This document shows positions 12,106 to 25,500 of a stretch of DNA of 64,000 nucleotides, piece after piece; within the stretch, counting starts at the first letter, position 1; the number at the start of each line of letters is the position of its first letter. The notes under the pieces are model-generated. The model was not told the DNA's origin. It saw only the letters and a program-made list of their open reading frames with translations, and ran no database searches. The position numbers were made by a program, and so were the translations under genes. The stretch lies in NCBI RefSeq assembly GCF_006345805.1, contig NC_043005.1, positions 33,790,001 to 33,854,000 on the forward strand, written 5' to 3'. Source of the DNA: Octopus sinensis. Its lineage: Eukaryota.

Positions 12106-13629
12106 TGATAATAATAATAACAGTAATAACAGCAACAACAATAGTTTTAACATAAACACAAAAACACAAATGTACAATATTTCAGAAAAGAGTAAATTGA
12201 TTTTATTGATCTCAGTACTTCACTGGTATTTTATTTATTAATTCTTGAAGGATGAAATACAATGTTGATTTTTGGCTAAAGGGAATATATTTAAATACCA
12301 CAAAGTATCTTTACCAACTCTGTTAACCACCACTCTAACAATCTTGATTTCAAAAGAGACACAAGTATATACATTTAATGGGAGGGTATAGTTGATTATT
12401 TTGATTCCAGTACTTGACTAGTACTTCATTTTATCATCTTGGAAGGATGAAGGACAAAGTTCACCTTAGTCAGATTTGAACTCAGGATGTGAAGAGATAT
12501 GAAAAAATTCTGAGAGACATTTTTCTCAAGCTGCGATGATTCTGACAATCAATAGCCCTTTAATAATAATAGGTGTCTCTAATTGAAACAAAACAAAATG
12601 TTTTTAAGTTGATAGGCTTAGTCAGTTGCACTAAGTCTTTATAGAATATAAAATGTTTGACTTACCATTGACTCTCATTGATCAACTTGTAGAGAACTGT
12701 GAATGTTTGAGAACATTCTAGGGGTCAGACACCTAATCTTGGCCATCTCTTCATGAGTATCAGGGGAAATGTGCCTCAGAAACTGACCACACATTCTTAC
12801 TATCTAGATATCTGTGCAGATGCTGCAGACTCTTTAGCAGTTTAGTCCACTAAGGCTGATGATATCATCATATCACCAGACACAAAATGCTGAGTCTTCA
12901 GTGCAGAAGGTGTGGACAGTAGATGGACCTTCCAGTGAAATATGTTCCTTCTACATGAAGCAAAGATAGTGATGCTTCCCCATAGCCATAGAAAAAAAAT
13001 GGATCATGGGCCAATGGTTGGGGGTGTAATAAATAAGGAAGTGATGTATGTGTTTGCTACCTTTGCTCAGCATTTCGGAGATAACCTCATACTAGTCCAT
13101 TTCTGATTAAGATTGACTACCATGCTCATAATCTTATCCCAGTTCCTATCCTTGAATGTTCAGCTTGACCCAGACTGCAAGTATCTTAAGATATTCAGTC
13201 TTGCAATCCATGATGCTAGCTTGCATGGATATACCCATTCAGGTGCCAAGCTGCAAGTGCACAAGCTTATATCCCTACCTCAATTTATTACCATAGTGAC
13301 CATCTTGATTTCCATGGTGACTCAAAAAATCATGGTGATATTGTCCATGGATTGCAATATGGATGTCTCCACTTCTAAGTTAAAGTGGAATGTCCCATCT
13401 CAAACAGCTCCAACTTCTCAGCAATGGTTCAAGAATGATGTAAAAAGACACTTTCTTCCACTCACCAACTGTGAGATTCAAAATGGTTCTGACAAGTTGC
13501 TATTTGACTGTTTAGTAGATGCTGCTGTATAATAAATACCACAAGGCATTTTGTCTGGAATTCTAACAACCCTGTTGATATCCAATATAACATTTGTTTC
13601 ACTCAAAATATAATGGATAAAAATCTTAC

Positions 13630-13714
13630 CTAAACAAGCCTAAAGCTGCTTCAGTAACATCTTTTTTAGTTGGCCACAATTGTTCTTGAACCATTTTGTA
13701 TTCTTTGATAAATT
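13630..13714 (-). CDS. P4HA: P4HA coding exon 3
   Basis: Acceptor gtttgtgacag; 85 nt; EFIKEYKMVQEQLWPTKKDVTEAALGLFR (P-x-x-x-D-x-x-x-AA-x-x-L-x-R motif); donor AG|GTAAGA; phases 1 in, 2 out. Confidence 0.9.
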
Positions 13715-13930
13715 CTGTCACAAACAGATAGAAATATTAACAAAACATATATAAGTCATTCAAAGTACAATTTTTATATCTTTGTTCAAATAAGTGGGCT
13801 CTGTACTTTTGCTGATTTTTATTTTCTATTCATTTACTGCAGTCTCCCACTTTGTCAGCCATTTTATCTACTTATACTACAAATTCTCCCCACAACACCT
13901 ACTTTAACAAGTATCAGAATAGAGACTAAC

Positions 13931-14097
13931 CTTTAGTGTTGTTATTGTGTTCACAGTTGTCACAGTCTAATTTCACCATCATCTCACTCCATCTATTGTG
14001 AATCCGATATAACACGCAATATGCATTCAATGGGTTAGTTGTGTAGTTTGTCATATTTCCCAACTTTGTGTTTTGTGTTTGTGTTTCATTCAAGAAG
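13931..14097 (-). CDS. P4HA: P4HA coding exon 2
   Basis: Acceptor ttttatttcag; 167 nt; FLNETQTQNTKLGNMTNYTTNPLNAYCVLYRIHNRWSEM (P4HA NPxNAxxxxxRxxxxW motif); donor G|GTTAGT; phases 2 in, 1 out. Confidence 0.9.
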
Positions 14098-14595
14098 CTG
14101 AAATAAAACAAAGTCTTTCCAGGTATATTGCTAATACAAACAAACATCATTTATAATTCGTTTTTTACTGTAAATAAAGATGTAAAAAAACAGCATCTAA
14201 ATACTGGCTTAAAATTCTTTTTGGCTAGAAAAAGACAAAGACTACACATGTGACACAAGTTCACATCCTCTCAAAAAGTTAACAGACGTTCTACCACTGG
14301 ACCAAAGCAATACTTTGATATTCACCAATTAGGAGCTTTGTTCATACCAGCAAGAATTGTATGTTGTTTACGTCATCAGAATTCAGAAAAATTTGAAAAA
14401 ACTTTAAATAATCCACTTTTAACTGTAGAACTCAAAGTAGATAAAGCTAAAAATAATAGCATTTACATATTGGGTCAAAACTCCATTTGGATAGAAATGT
14501 CGAAGGCTAAGGATTAAATGGAGTCATGCATATTGCACTTATAGGTTATATTGTTCAATTCACTAACACACATTTAGATATGTACACACACATGT

Positions 14596-14636
<41 letters not shown>

Positions 14637-15009
14637 AAATATTTAATATATGATGTGTGTGTGTGTAGGGGCAAGATTTAATGAAGTTTTTCTTTCCTTA
14701 GCAGAACTCAGGCTGGTCTCTAACAAAGACAGGTGTTTAGTCTAGTGAATCTTTTTTTTGTTCAACCACTATATTATAGAGTCTTAAACAAACTAACACC
14801 AGTTGTAAAGTAGTAGGACACACACACATCTCTCTCTATCTCCCTTATTTCTCCCTCTCTCTCTCCCTCCCTCTCCCTCTCATTCCTTCTCTCTCTCCCT
14901 CCTTCTCCCTCTCATTCCTTCTCTCTCTCCCTCCCTCTCTCTCCACCCTCTCTCCCCCATCCCCCCTCTCCCATATATATCTTTTTTATTCCAGACACAA
15001 GGCCCTATG

Positions 15010-15504
15010 GCTTTTTACCTTAACCGATTGGAAGTGTTACCATGTACATTGTTTTGTCTTGGTATAAAAGATGGGCTAAATATTTTGCTCAGTATCACAG
15101 ATTTGCTTGTCAGTTGTTTGACCTTAATCAGTTGAGCATGTCTCTTATTGGCTGATGATATGTGCATCTCTGAGCAGAAGTAGTGGGGAGCATCACAGCC
15201 ACGTGTCGAGAGGAATTCTTTGGAGTTTGGATAATTCACCCCTGGAAACTTGGGTGTTTCATTCAACATCTTTAAACAACCCTTATTCAGGGACCTTTTG
15301 AGTGGGATGGGCTACTGGACCTGAAGAAAATTCTAACTGGGCCCAATTTGCAAGGCCATGCACTGTTTATCTTGATATGAGATCACCATGTCGTGCACAT
15401 GTGGTTGTGATGCCTGTGCCTGGTGTACTGTTATCAAACAGGTAGTCATAATTGGTATATTTTACCCCAGTGTCATTTTGATAGCATGCACTGCTCTCTC
15501 ACTC
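15010..15504 (+). mobile_element. Interspersed repeat, probably a LINE 3' UTR, ending ...ctctctcactc(AAT)n
   Basis: Non-coding segment ending directly in an (AAT)n tail; family not determined. It supplies the artefactual N-terminus of ORF 15388-16968. Confidence 0.45.
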
Positions 15505-15541
15505 AATAATAATAACAATAATAATAATAATAATAATAATA

Positions 15542-15580
<39 letters not shown>

Positions 15581-17285
15581 GTAAAGACAATAATAAACTT
15601 GAAGGCCTATTGCGCACTGTGAAAGCATTCAGCGATAACATCGGGATGGAGTTTGGACTTGAGAAGTGTGCCGAGGCCACTTTCCAGAAAGGGAAAGTGA
15701 AGACCACAAATTCAGTCGTGTTAGATGTTGACACAGTCATAAGGGAGCTTGAGCAAGAACAAACATACAAATATTTAGGGATAAATGAAGGCTCTGGTAT
15801 TCAGCATGCAAGCATGAAAGAGAAGATCAGGAAGGAATGTTATAGGAGAGTTCGTGCAGTCCTGAAATCTGAACTAAATGCACGTAACAAGGTGTTAGCT
15901 ATAAATTCCTTAGCAGTTCCAGTTGTTACTTATAGCTACAATGTGTTGAACTGGAATATGAGTGAAGTAAAGAATATAGATAGGAAAATACGCAAGCTGC
16001 TGAGTTGTAATAGGATGCACCACCCAAAGGCAGACGTAGATCGCCTTTACCTTCCCAGAGCCCAAGGAGGTCGAGGCCTGATCCAATTTGAACTAGCTTA
16101 CAAAACAACCACAATTGGACTGGCCAAATATCTCGAAATATCGAATGACTGGATGCTAAAGCTCATGGAAAATCACGAGAGACGAAAGAAGCTTCATTTT
16201 ATCATAAAGGAAAGCAAAAAATTTGCTATTGATCTCGTGCAGGATACCCAAACAGAACAACCCGAGGGAAGTACGGCAACTATTGTTGCAAAGAAGGTGA
16301 AAATGATGGCAATGAAAAAAGCGCATGAGCAATTGGCTGATAGGTGGGAGGAGAAACCTCTGCACTGCAAATATGTGACCCGCAGCAAACAAGCTGATGT
16401 TGACCAGAAGCAAACCCATCAGTGGCTACGGAGCTCAGGGCTAAAAGCAGAGAGCGAAGGTTTCATCCTGGCTGCTCAAGATCAAAGCCTATTAACCCGG
16501 AACTACCAGGCCAATGTGATGAAAAATGGGGCAGACCCAAAATGCCGATTCTGCAACGACATGATTGAAACAGTGGACCACCTAATCTCTGGATGTAAAG
16601 TCTTAGCTCCAGTGGAGTATAAATTAAGACATGACAGAGTTGGCCAATATCTACACTGGCTAATAAGTCGGCATTACAATATCAAAACTGCCGACAAGTG
16701 GTATAATCACCACCCTGAGGCTGTAACTGAAGGAGAAAATGTAACCATTCTGTGGGACTTTCCAGTACATACAGACCGAACCATCAAGGCCAATAAACCA
16801 GATATTGTTGTGAAAGACCAAAACAATAAAGTTTGCTTATTGATCGACATGAGCATCCCCTGTGATCATAATATCTCAGCGAAAGAGTTTGACAAGCTCA
16901 GAAATATAAAGACCTACTCATTGAAATTGAGAAAATGTGGCATCTCAAGGCGGTTACAATACCAGTGATCGTAGGAGCACTAGGAATGATCAAGAAGGGA
17001 ACCGAAAATTATATGAGAATGATCCCTGGCTTACCATCCCTGCAAGAAGTGCAAAAGATTGTCTTAACTGGTACATCACACGTATTGAGAAGAGCATTGT
17101 CAATGTGAGAACTGTTGCTGCTCATGTATTTTAATTTAACTTAAAAAAAAAAAAAAAAAAAATGAACGAACTATTGAGTTTGGTTTAATGGCCTACCATT
17201 GTATACTATGAGTTTCTTTGCCATAGGAGTCGGGAAGACACTCGGCAAGAAATGGAAGCAAATTTGAAAGAGGAAAAAAAAAAAG
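15581..17285 (+). mobile_element. R4/Dong LINE subfamily A, 5'-truncated (RT thumb, CCHC zinc knuckle, RLE endonuclease)
   Basis: FGLEKCA, YKYLG, CRFC...ETVDHLISGC, RHD, KPDIVV...IDMSIP motifs; one frameshift near 16895; (AAT)n on both sides. Confidence 0.93.
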
Positions 17286-17304
17286 TAATAATAATAATAA
17301 TAAT

Positions 17305-17515
17305 AGTTTCAAGTTTTGGCACAAGGTTATTAAGTTCGGGGATGTGGGCAAAATGATTATATTAGCCTTAGTGCACAAGTAGTACTTATTTTATTGACCC
17401 TGAAAAGATGAATGGCAAAGTTGACTTTGGTGGAATTTGAACCCACATTGTAAAGACAAACAAAATAACACTAAGCATTTTCCCCCACGTGTCATCAATT
17501 GTGCCAACTCATTGA
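17305..17515 (-). mobile_element. SINE-B copy between Dong-A and Dong-B
   Basis: ttttggcacaagg and ggcaaagttgactttggtggaatttgaac cores. Confidence 0.7.
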
Positions 17516-17573
17516 TTTAATAACAACAACAACAACAACAACAACAATAATAATAAAACTAATAATAATAATA

Positions 17574-17611
<38 letters not shown>

Positions 17612-17616
<5 letters not shown>

Positions 17617-20533
17617 TACGCAGCAGCCACTGCAGCCACAAAAGAAGCTGGATACTCACCCAAACCCGCCCAAACAGGAGTACCACCACCCAAACAAACC
17701 CTGTGGATAAATAACATCCAAAACAAAATAAAAAAAATTAGAAAAGACCTGTCGATTCTTAATGAAATCAGCAAACAATCAACGCTACTGAGCAACAAAA
17801 AGAGAACAAAAATGCTCCGCAAATATAACATCACAGAAAAAGATTTGCCGGAGATAAAAGAAAAGCTGAAGCAAGATATCCTTGCCAAAGCTCAAAGGAT
17901 CCGCCGGTACGAGAAACGCCAACGCTTCTTTGAACAGAACAAAAAGTTCAACTCCAACCCCAAAAAGTTCTACCAAGAACTGAGAAAAAATAAAATAGAA
18001 GTCACTGCAGCACCAACGGCAGAAGAATTGGAAGAATTCTGGAGAGAAATATGGTCGGCGAACGAACAGCCAAAAAAAAGGACTATCAAAATAACAAACT
18101 CGGCATCTGAACAACTTTGGACTCCCATAACAACTGAAGAGGTCACCCAGGCACTGCAAAAACTAAGCAACTGGAAGGCACCTGGGCATGACAAGATCCC
18201 CAACTTCTGGTTGAAATGTCTAACAGGAATGCACAAAAAGCTGGCTGAAAACTTTAACAGCATACTAGCAGAGCCAGAGACAATGCCTGAATGGCTCACG
18301 AAGGGGAAAACCATCTTAATTCCCAAATCAAATGAAACAGCAAAACCAGAAAACTACAGACCAATAACCTGCCTCCCTACTATGTTCAAGGCATTTACTG
18401 CAGTGATATCGCAAAGGCTGAACAAGCACCTGGACGAAAACAAACTGTTCCCAGAAGAGCAGAAAGGATGCCGCAAAGGCTCATATGGCTGTAAAGATCA
18501 ACTAATGATTAATAAAGCTGTAACTGAAGACAGCCACAGAAAGAAGAAAGGCCTCAGTATGGCCTGGATTGACTACAAAAAGGCGTTTGATAGCATCCCC
18601 CACACATGGATCCTCGAAACACTAGCCATTAACAAAGTAGCACCAACAATCATAAAATTCATAGAGCACTCTATGAATAAATGGCAAACAGTCCTACACC
18701 GCCAAACAAAAGAGGGACTCATGAAAACCAAAGACATCCCCATTAGAAGAGGAATATTCCAGGGAGACACGCTCTCTCCACTCCTTTTCTGCTTGGCACT
18801 GTCACCTCTATCTGATATGCTAAATAGAACTGGATGCGGATATAAATGTTACGGCAAAACGATCAGCCACCTTTTATATATGGATGACCTAAAACTATAC
18901 GCTGCAAATGACAAACAGCTGGAAACACTATTAAAGACAGTTCATGGATTTACCAAAGAAATAGATATGAAATTTGGATTAGAAAAATGCGCCAAAGTAA
19001 CCATGAAAAGAGGAAAACTAGTTTAGTGTAACAACATCACACTAGATAAAACCAATGAAATAAAAGAATTAGACCAAAGCCAAACTTACAAATACTTAGG
19101 AATCCATGAACTAGATAAGACACAACACACACAAATGAAAGAGAAAATAAAAAAAGAATATTATAGACGAGTTAGATCAATACTAAAAACAGAGCTCAAT
19201 GCTAAAAACAAGATAATAGGTATCAACACTTTAGCTGTCCCAGTTATAAGTTACAGCTACAATATCCTTAACTGGACACGAAATGAACTGTCCACAATAG
19301 ATAGGAAAACAAGAAAAATACTGACAGGATCTAGGATGCATCACCCAAAATCTGACATAGAAAGACTATATATACAACGTATAGAAGGTGGTAGAGGCCT
19401 TATACAGCTGGAAAACTACTATAAAATAACCACCATAGGACTGTAAAAATATCTACTTCAGAAGGAAGGAAAACTGATCCAGATAGCAGCAAAACACGAG
19501 CAAAACAAAAACTGTTCTCAGTATTTAAGGAAGCTGACAAATACAAACAAGAAATCATACCACCTAATAAACACAAAGAAGAAGAAGAAGATGAAGAAAC
19601 AACAAAAGCTATAAAACAAATGAAATCCAAACTAAAAATAGAACAGCAACGAACCATGATAAAACGATGGCAAGAAAAGCCCCTTCATGGTAAATACTGC
19701 ACTAAACTAAACGCAAAAGAAATAGACAAAGAAAAATCCCAGCAATGGTTGAGAAGCTCAGGACTCAAAGCAGAAACAGAGGGATTTTTAATTGCAGCAC
19801 AAGACCAAAGCCTCCCCACCAGAAATTACCAAAAACATGTAATGAAAAGAAATATTACAAGTAACTGCAGAATATGTGGAGATGGACAAGAAACAATAAA
19901 TCATATTATCTCTAGCTGCCCAGTCCTGGCTAAGAAGGAATATATTCACAGACATGACAGAGTTGGAACCTACATACATTGGAAGCTATGCCAACATTAT
20001 GGAATAACAACAGAAAAAAGATGGTATAGGCACACACCAGAAAAGGTCACAGAAAACGAGAAAGCAACCATACTCTGGGATATGCCGATACACACAGATA
20101 GAGAAATTAAGGCCAACAGACCAGATATAGTTGTCAGAGATCATGAGGAAAAAAAATGCTTACTAATTGATGTATCAATACCGGCAGATGACAACGTGTC
20201 TCTAAAAGAAATGGAGAAACGCTCAAAATACAAAGACCTGGAAATAGAGGTAACTAGAATGTGGAATCTGAAAACAGAAACAATTCCTATCATAGTAGGT
20301 GCATTAGGCATGATAAAAAAATATTCAGACAAATACATAACAAAAACACCAGGACTTACAAACACATATAACATACAGAAAATTGCACTACTAGGCACTG
20401 CACACATCCTACGCAGAACACTTTCCATACAATAACCATCAGAGCATCACAACAAATCACAGCACATACCCAAGGCACACAGAGCTGCGCTCGGTAGTGA
20501 AGTGAAATCATGCTATAAAAATAAAACTACTGA
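17612..20533 (+). mobile_element. R4/Dong LINE subfamily B, 5'-truncated, near-intact ORF
   Basis: Continuous RT (NYRPITCL, GIFQGDTLSP, LYMDDLK), CCHC and RLE (RPDIVV...IDVSIP) with two in-frame stops (19024-19026, 19444-19446) and one frameshift near 19510; (AAT)n at both ends. Confidence 0.95.
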
Positions 20534-20559
20534 ATAATAATAATAATAATAATAAATAA

Positions 20560-21000
20560 TAAGTGCATGGATTTACCAAATATGAAATTTGGCTTAGAAA
20601 AATGTACCAAAGCAACTTTGAAAAGAGGAAAACTAGTTAAGAGTAACAATGTCATACTGATAAAGAAAATGAATTAAGAGAATTAAACCAAACAAAGACA
20701 TAGAAATACTTAAGAATCAATGAATTTGATATTATACAACACACATGAATGTAAGAGAAGATAAAGAAATACTATGGATGAAAGCTCAATGTAAAAAAAA
20801 CAACAAGATAATAGGTATCAACATTCTCGCCGTCCCAGTTATAAGTTAGGGCCACAATATTCTTAATTGGACTCTAAATGAACTAACCAAACTAGTCAGG
20901 TAAACAAGAAAAATAATGGCAGAATTTAGGATGCACCACCTAAAATCTGACATAGAAGGGTTATATATACTATGTATTGAAGGTAGCAGAAGACGTAAGT
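20560..21000 (+). mobile_element. Older degenerate Dong-B-like RT fragment
   Basis: Aligns by eye to 18940-19400 (atgaaatttggcttagaaaaatg, gtcccagttataagtta). Confidence 0.75.
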
Positions 21001-21078
21001 TTCCTAACTTATTTAGAGAGAGATTTAAAATATTCACAGGAAATTGTAGATATTCCAGTCTTTGGGAATAGTAGGAGG

Positions 21079-21590
21079 AAGAGATGTTCTCCTAGTTGAA
21101 ATTTTGAATTTCTGAATTTCTTTTTTTTTTCTTTTGGAAATTTTCTTTTCTTTTTAAAAGTTTTGCTGTGGCTTACAGTTTTTTTTAGTTGTGCAGTATG
21201 TATATATTAGCAGGTGCTTACCTCTTTAATTTGCTTTATTATGCATTTAATCGTGCTGTTACAATAAAAGGCATGTTTACATATTCGGGTAGTCGGGTAA
21301 TCAGGGAAAAAGGAAAGATAAAATGCTTACACAAAATCGGAGATACTAAAGTTTCTGAATTAAAAAAAGACTTTAATATCTATAACTTCTGTGAATACCT
21401 ATCCTTTCCTTTCTCTCTGAGTATTCGAAAATGTAAACATCGTCTTTATTCCAAGAACATTAAAGTTTTCTCTGTTTGGACTGACAAAAGATTATCTGCA
21501 GTAAATTTTAAAACCTACCCAATATGTAAACATAACTTTTATTACAACAACACAACTGAATTCAGAAATTCAAAAATTCAACCACGTGAA

Positions 21591-21598
<8 letters not shown>
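21079..21598. mobile_element. MITE-like element with ~40-bp imperfect TIRs
   Basis: Left gagatgttctcctagttgaaattttgaatttctgaatt; right end is the reverse complement of tagtgatattcacgtggttgaatttttgaatttctgaatt. Confidence 0.5.
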
Positions 21599-21646
<48 letters not shown>

Positions 21647-21661
21647 CTATATATATATATA

Positions 21662-21723
<62 letters not shown>

Positions 21724-21734
21724 ATATATCTATC

Positions 21735-21767
<33 letters not shown>

Positions 21768-21810
21768 TATATATGTATATATATGTATATATCTATATAC
21801 ATATATATAT

Positions 21811-21900
<90 letters not shown>
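21597..21900. repeat. ~300-bp (TA)n tract
   Basis: Directly visible. Confidence 0.95.
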
Positions 21901-21907
<7 letters not shown>

Positions 21908-22539
21908 TTCACGTGGTTGAATTTATATATATATATATATATGTTATTGTTTTTTCTACCAGTAATTATAAATAGAACAGGTTGAATTGCTTCTTTTCAA
22001 GGCCAAGGGCAGCGCTCTCAGTGGTCGCTGGTAGTAGTAAACACATTTGATCTCTGCTGACCCAAAGGGTGTGAAGATTCTTTTGTCTCTATGACTAACC
22101 TCTCCACCATCTGCCGAATCTGTTTATAGACATGTAGAATTTTATCTATTCACCAAGTTTCCCCCAACTGTTTCCTTCAACGACCACATATTTACGATTA
22201 TCTCAAGTAAAGGACAAAAGTTGAAAGTAAAGAACATCTAATAAAATCTTTTAATAATAAATGGAAATAGTAATAATGATAATAACAATAGTAGTGGTGG
22301 TGATGGTGATAATGATAAAAATAAAAATAATGATAATATGCTGCAGCTGCTAATGCTAGAACTACTACTATTCTGATAGCACAGGAATCTGCAGCCCAAC
22401 TACCACTACTAACACTACCCCACCCACCCACCCTACTACTGTTGCTGCTGCTGCCACCACTGCTGCTACTACACATAGATACAGCAATAAAGGCAGTAAT
22501 TGACAAAGGCGATATAAGACTGAAGAAGAGCCTGTTCAC

Positions 22540-25500
22540 TGAAGAAGATTACAAGTGATCAATGGACTCTGGAAAGTCGTTCAGCATGACAGAACATCGC
22601 TGAGGAAGGCCAGATCAAATAGTGTAATTTTCTATGCAGCTGTCCATGTGAAAAGCGCTGGAAGTTGGTGCCACCCCTGCCCCGCATAGGCCTGTGTAAC
22701 CTCTGAGTCTGTTAATATAACAATGGCAAATAGTAAAAAAATAAAAACAATAATATCAGTGATATCAGTGATGATAATGATAATAATGAAAAGAAGTGGG
22801 TGGAGCCTCTCCATGTCCTGATTAATGATACATCTAGTGATGGTGTCACAATAAAAACACTGGTAATTGCACAACCTGATAATAATCGCTACCTCATATG
22901 AGTGACAATGAAAAAACAAAATATTGTGAATAAAGGTGGTAATGAAACTGAAACCATTGATGGTGACAGTGTTGCACCCGGCAGGCTCAGAGATTCTGAT
23001 CCGGCTCCAGCCTGTCGATATCCAGAAAGGGACCACCACACATGGCGCATATGGAGCAAGCAAATTAATGCTGTGGTCATGGAGGGTTACTACCTGAGCA
23101 ACCTGGTAGATGAAAATGGTGCTCAAATTAGGGGTTACCGACAGCGTATGTATGACCATTGGAGGGAAAAGGGATTGTTTCAGCTCACGGAACAGAGACT
23201 ATGTGATCAAGCTAGAGCAATAAGAAAAAATCGTTGCTTCACAGAAGTAGAGCTCGAAGCTATCAAAAGACGGGTCTTGGAAAATAGCAGCAGAGATAAC
23301 GATGAAAATACAGTTCTTACTAACAGAAGTAATCTCATAGCACAGGAAAGGAGCAGTGGTAGTTTACTTGATGAGAGACCTATAGATGATCTAAAAGAAG
23401 AAATAAAACTAATGGCGAAATGACAGATGAACAAAAAGCAATCTACGACAGAATAAAGGCAATACTACAGGAGAACGATAACGACATTATTTGCAACCTT
23501 AAAAAGGTTGATCGGTGGAAATTGAACAAAGAAACGAAAAATTTCAATGAAACTCTAAAATACATTAGAACAAACAACATCACAGAACCAAATAATTTGA
23601 TCAAGACAGCAAGTATTGCTGTAGCAGAAAACGTGGCTATTGATGTCAAGAAAAAGAAATATAATGGGAGATACAAAAGAAAAAACCCATGGTGGAAAAA
23701 AAGAATCCAGGCAGGGTTAGACATGCTCTCGAAGGAAATTTCTGTGTTAGACCGAAAAGAGAAACGGGAGCTTAAAAGCGAACAAAAATGCAAGGTGCTG
23801 AAAAGGAAATATAATATTAAAAGAAAGGGACTAAAAGTAGTAATGGAGGAACTGAAACAGCGCCTCGTTGCAAAGAAAGCAAAGATGGTAAGATACGACC
23901 AAAGACTGAAGAGTTACCGCCAGAATAGGTTATTCAGAGCAGATCAGAAGATATTCTGTAAAGAAATAAATGGAGAGTGTACAGATGAAAAGTCAAATGT
24001 TTTGGAGTGACATCTGGAGCAAAGACAAGGAGCACAAGAAGGCTGCTGAATGGCTGCAAGAACTGAAACAAGCAGTAGTTTGCCCCCACTAGGCAGAACT
24101 AGTCATTTCAGTTAGGGGGGTGAAGGAAATCAGCAAAAAAAAAAAAGAGCAGCTGGAAGGCCCTGGGACCAGATGGAGTTCAAGGCTACTGGATCAAAAG
24201 ATTTGGTGAATTCATGCACGAATAGCTGCGCAACTCAACACCTTGTTAAATACCGACCAAGTAACACCAGAGTGGTTAACACTGAGTAGGACAGTGCTGT
24301 GTTTGAAAAACATCGAAAAAGGCAATACGGTAGACAATTACAGGCCGATATCCCGTTTGCCACTTATATGGAAATTATTGACTGGAATACTCGCAGAGTC
24401 AATGTACGAACATCTGGGGGAAAATGGAGTCCTGCCACATGAGCAGAAGGGTTGCAAGCGTAAGTGCATAGGTAGCAAGGATCAACTCATGATAGATAAA
24501 ACTGTACTCAGAGACTGCAAGAGGAGGTAAAGTAATTTACCCATGTCATGGATCGACTATCGTAAGGAGTACGATATGATCTCACACTCTTGGATAATGT
24601 AATATATGAATCTATTTGGTATTGCATCGAATGTTGAGCAATTGCTTGGAAAAAGTATGGCGAATTGGATGACGGACCTGACAGCATACGGAAGAAGTTT
24701 AGGGGCAGTAGAAATCAGGAGGGGCGTCATCCAAGGGGACTGCCTATCCCCACTGATCTTTGTACAGTGCTTGATACCACTAACACTGATTCTGAGGAAA
24801 GCAAAAGCTGGGTATGTATTCAAAAGCCATTCATGGATGACCTCAAACTTTATGGTAAAGATGAATCCCAAGTCAGTTCCCTCGTTGATACAGTGTATAC
24901 TTTCAGTGCTGACATCAGAAGTGATTTCGGACTGAAGAATTGTGATGTATTATTCTTGAAAAGAGGTAAAATCAACTGTATGGACAGGCTAGCGATACCG
25001 TCGGTGGAGGTTATGAAGCAGATAGAAGAGACAGGCTATAAGTACTTGGGGATATTGGAAATGGATAAATTGACTGAGAAAGAAATGACAGAAAAATTTA
25101 AGGTGCAGTACTTTGCAGACCAAGACTGATTCTTAAGTCGAAATTAAATGGACAGAATAAGATTGAAGCTATCAACACCTGGGCGGTTTCACTCCTTAGA
25201 TATGGAGCAGAGGTAATCGCATGGACAGTAGATGAACTAAACAGCCTAGACAGAAAGACAAGAAAGTTGCTGACTAGATATGGGACACTCCGTCCAAAAA
25301 CGTGACACAGACAGACTGTATGTACGAAGAAAAAGAGGGGAAGATGACTTATTGGATGTGAACACAGCATTAGAGCAGAAGAAAACAACATATGTAAAAT
25401 AAAAAAAATGCCACAGAACCACTATTATTGGAAGTAAGAAAGTCAGGCTTGTGTAGGATGGAAGATTGCAAAGATAAAGCACTGTACAAGCAATTGAAAA

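Noticed and set aside
15388-15580. N-terminus of the 526-aa ORF as a real protein start
   Set aside because: It runs through another repeat's tail and an (AAT)n tract (poly-N/poly-I); the LINE is 5'-truncated at 15581.
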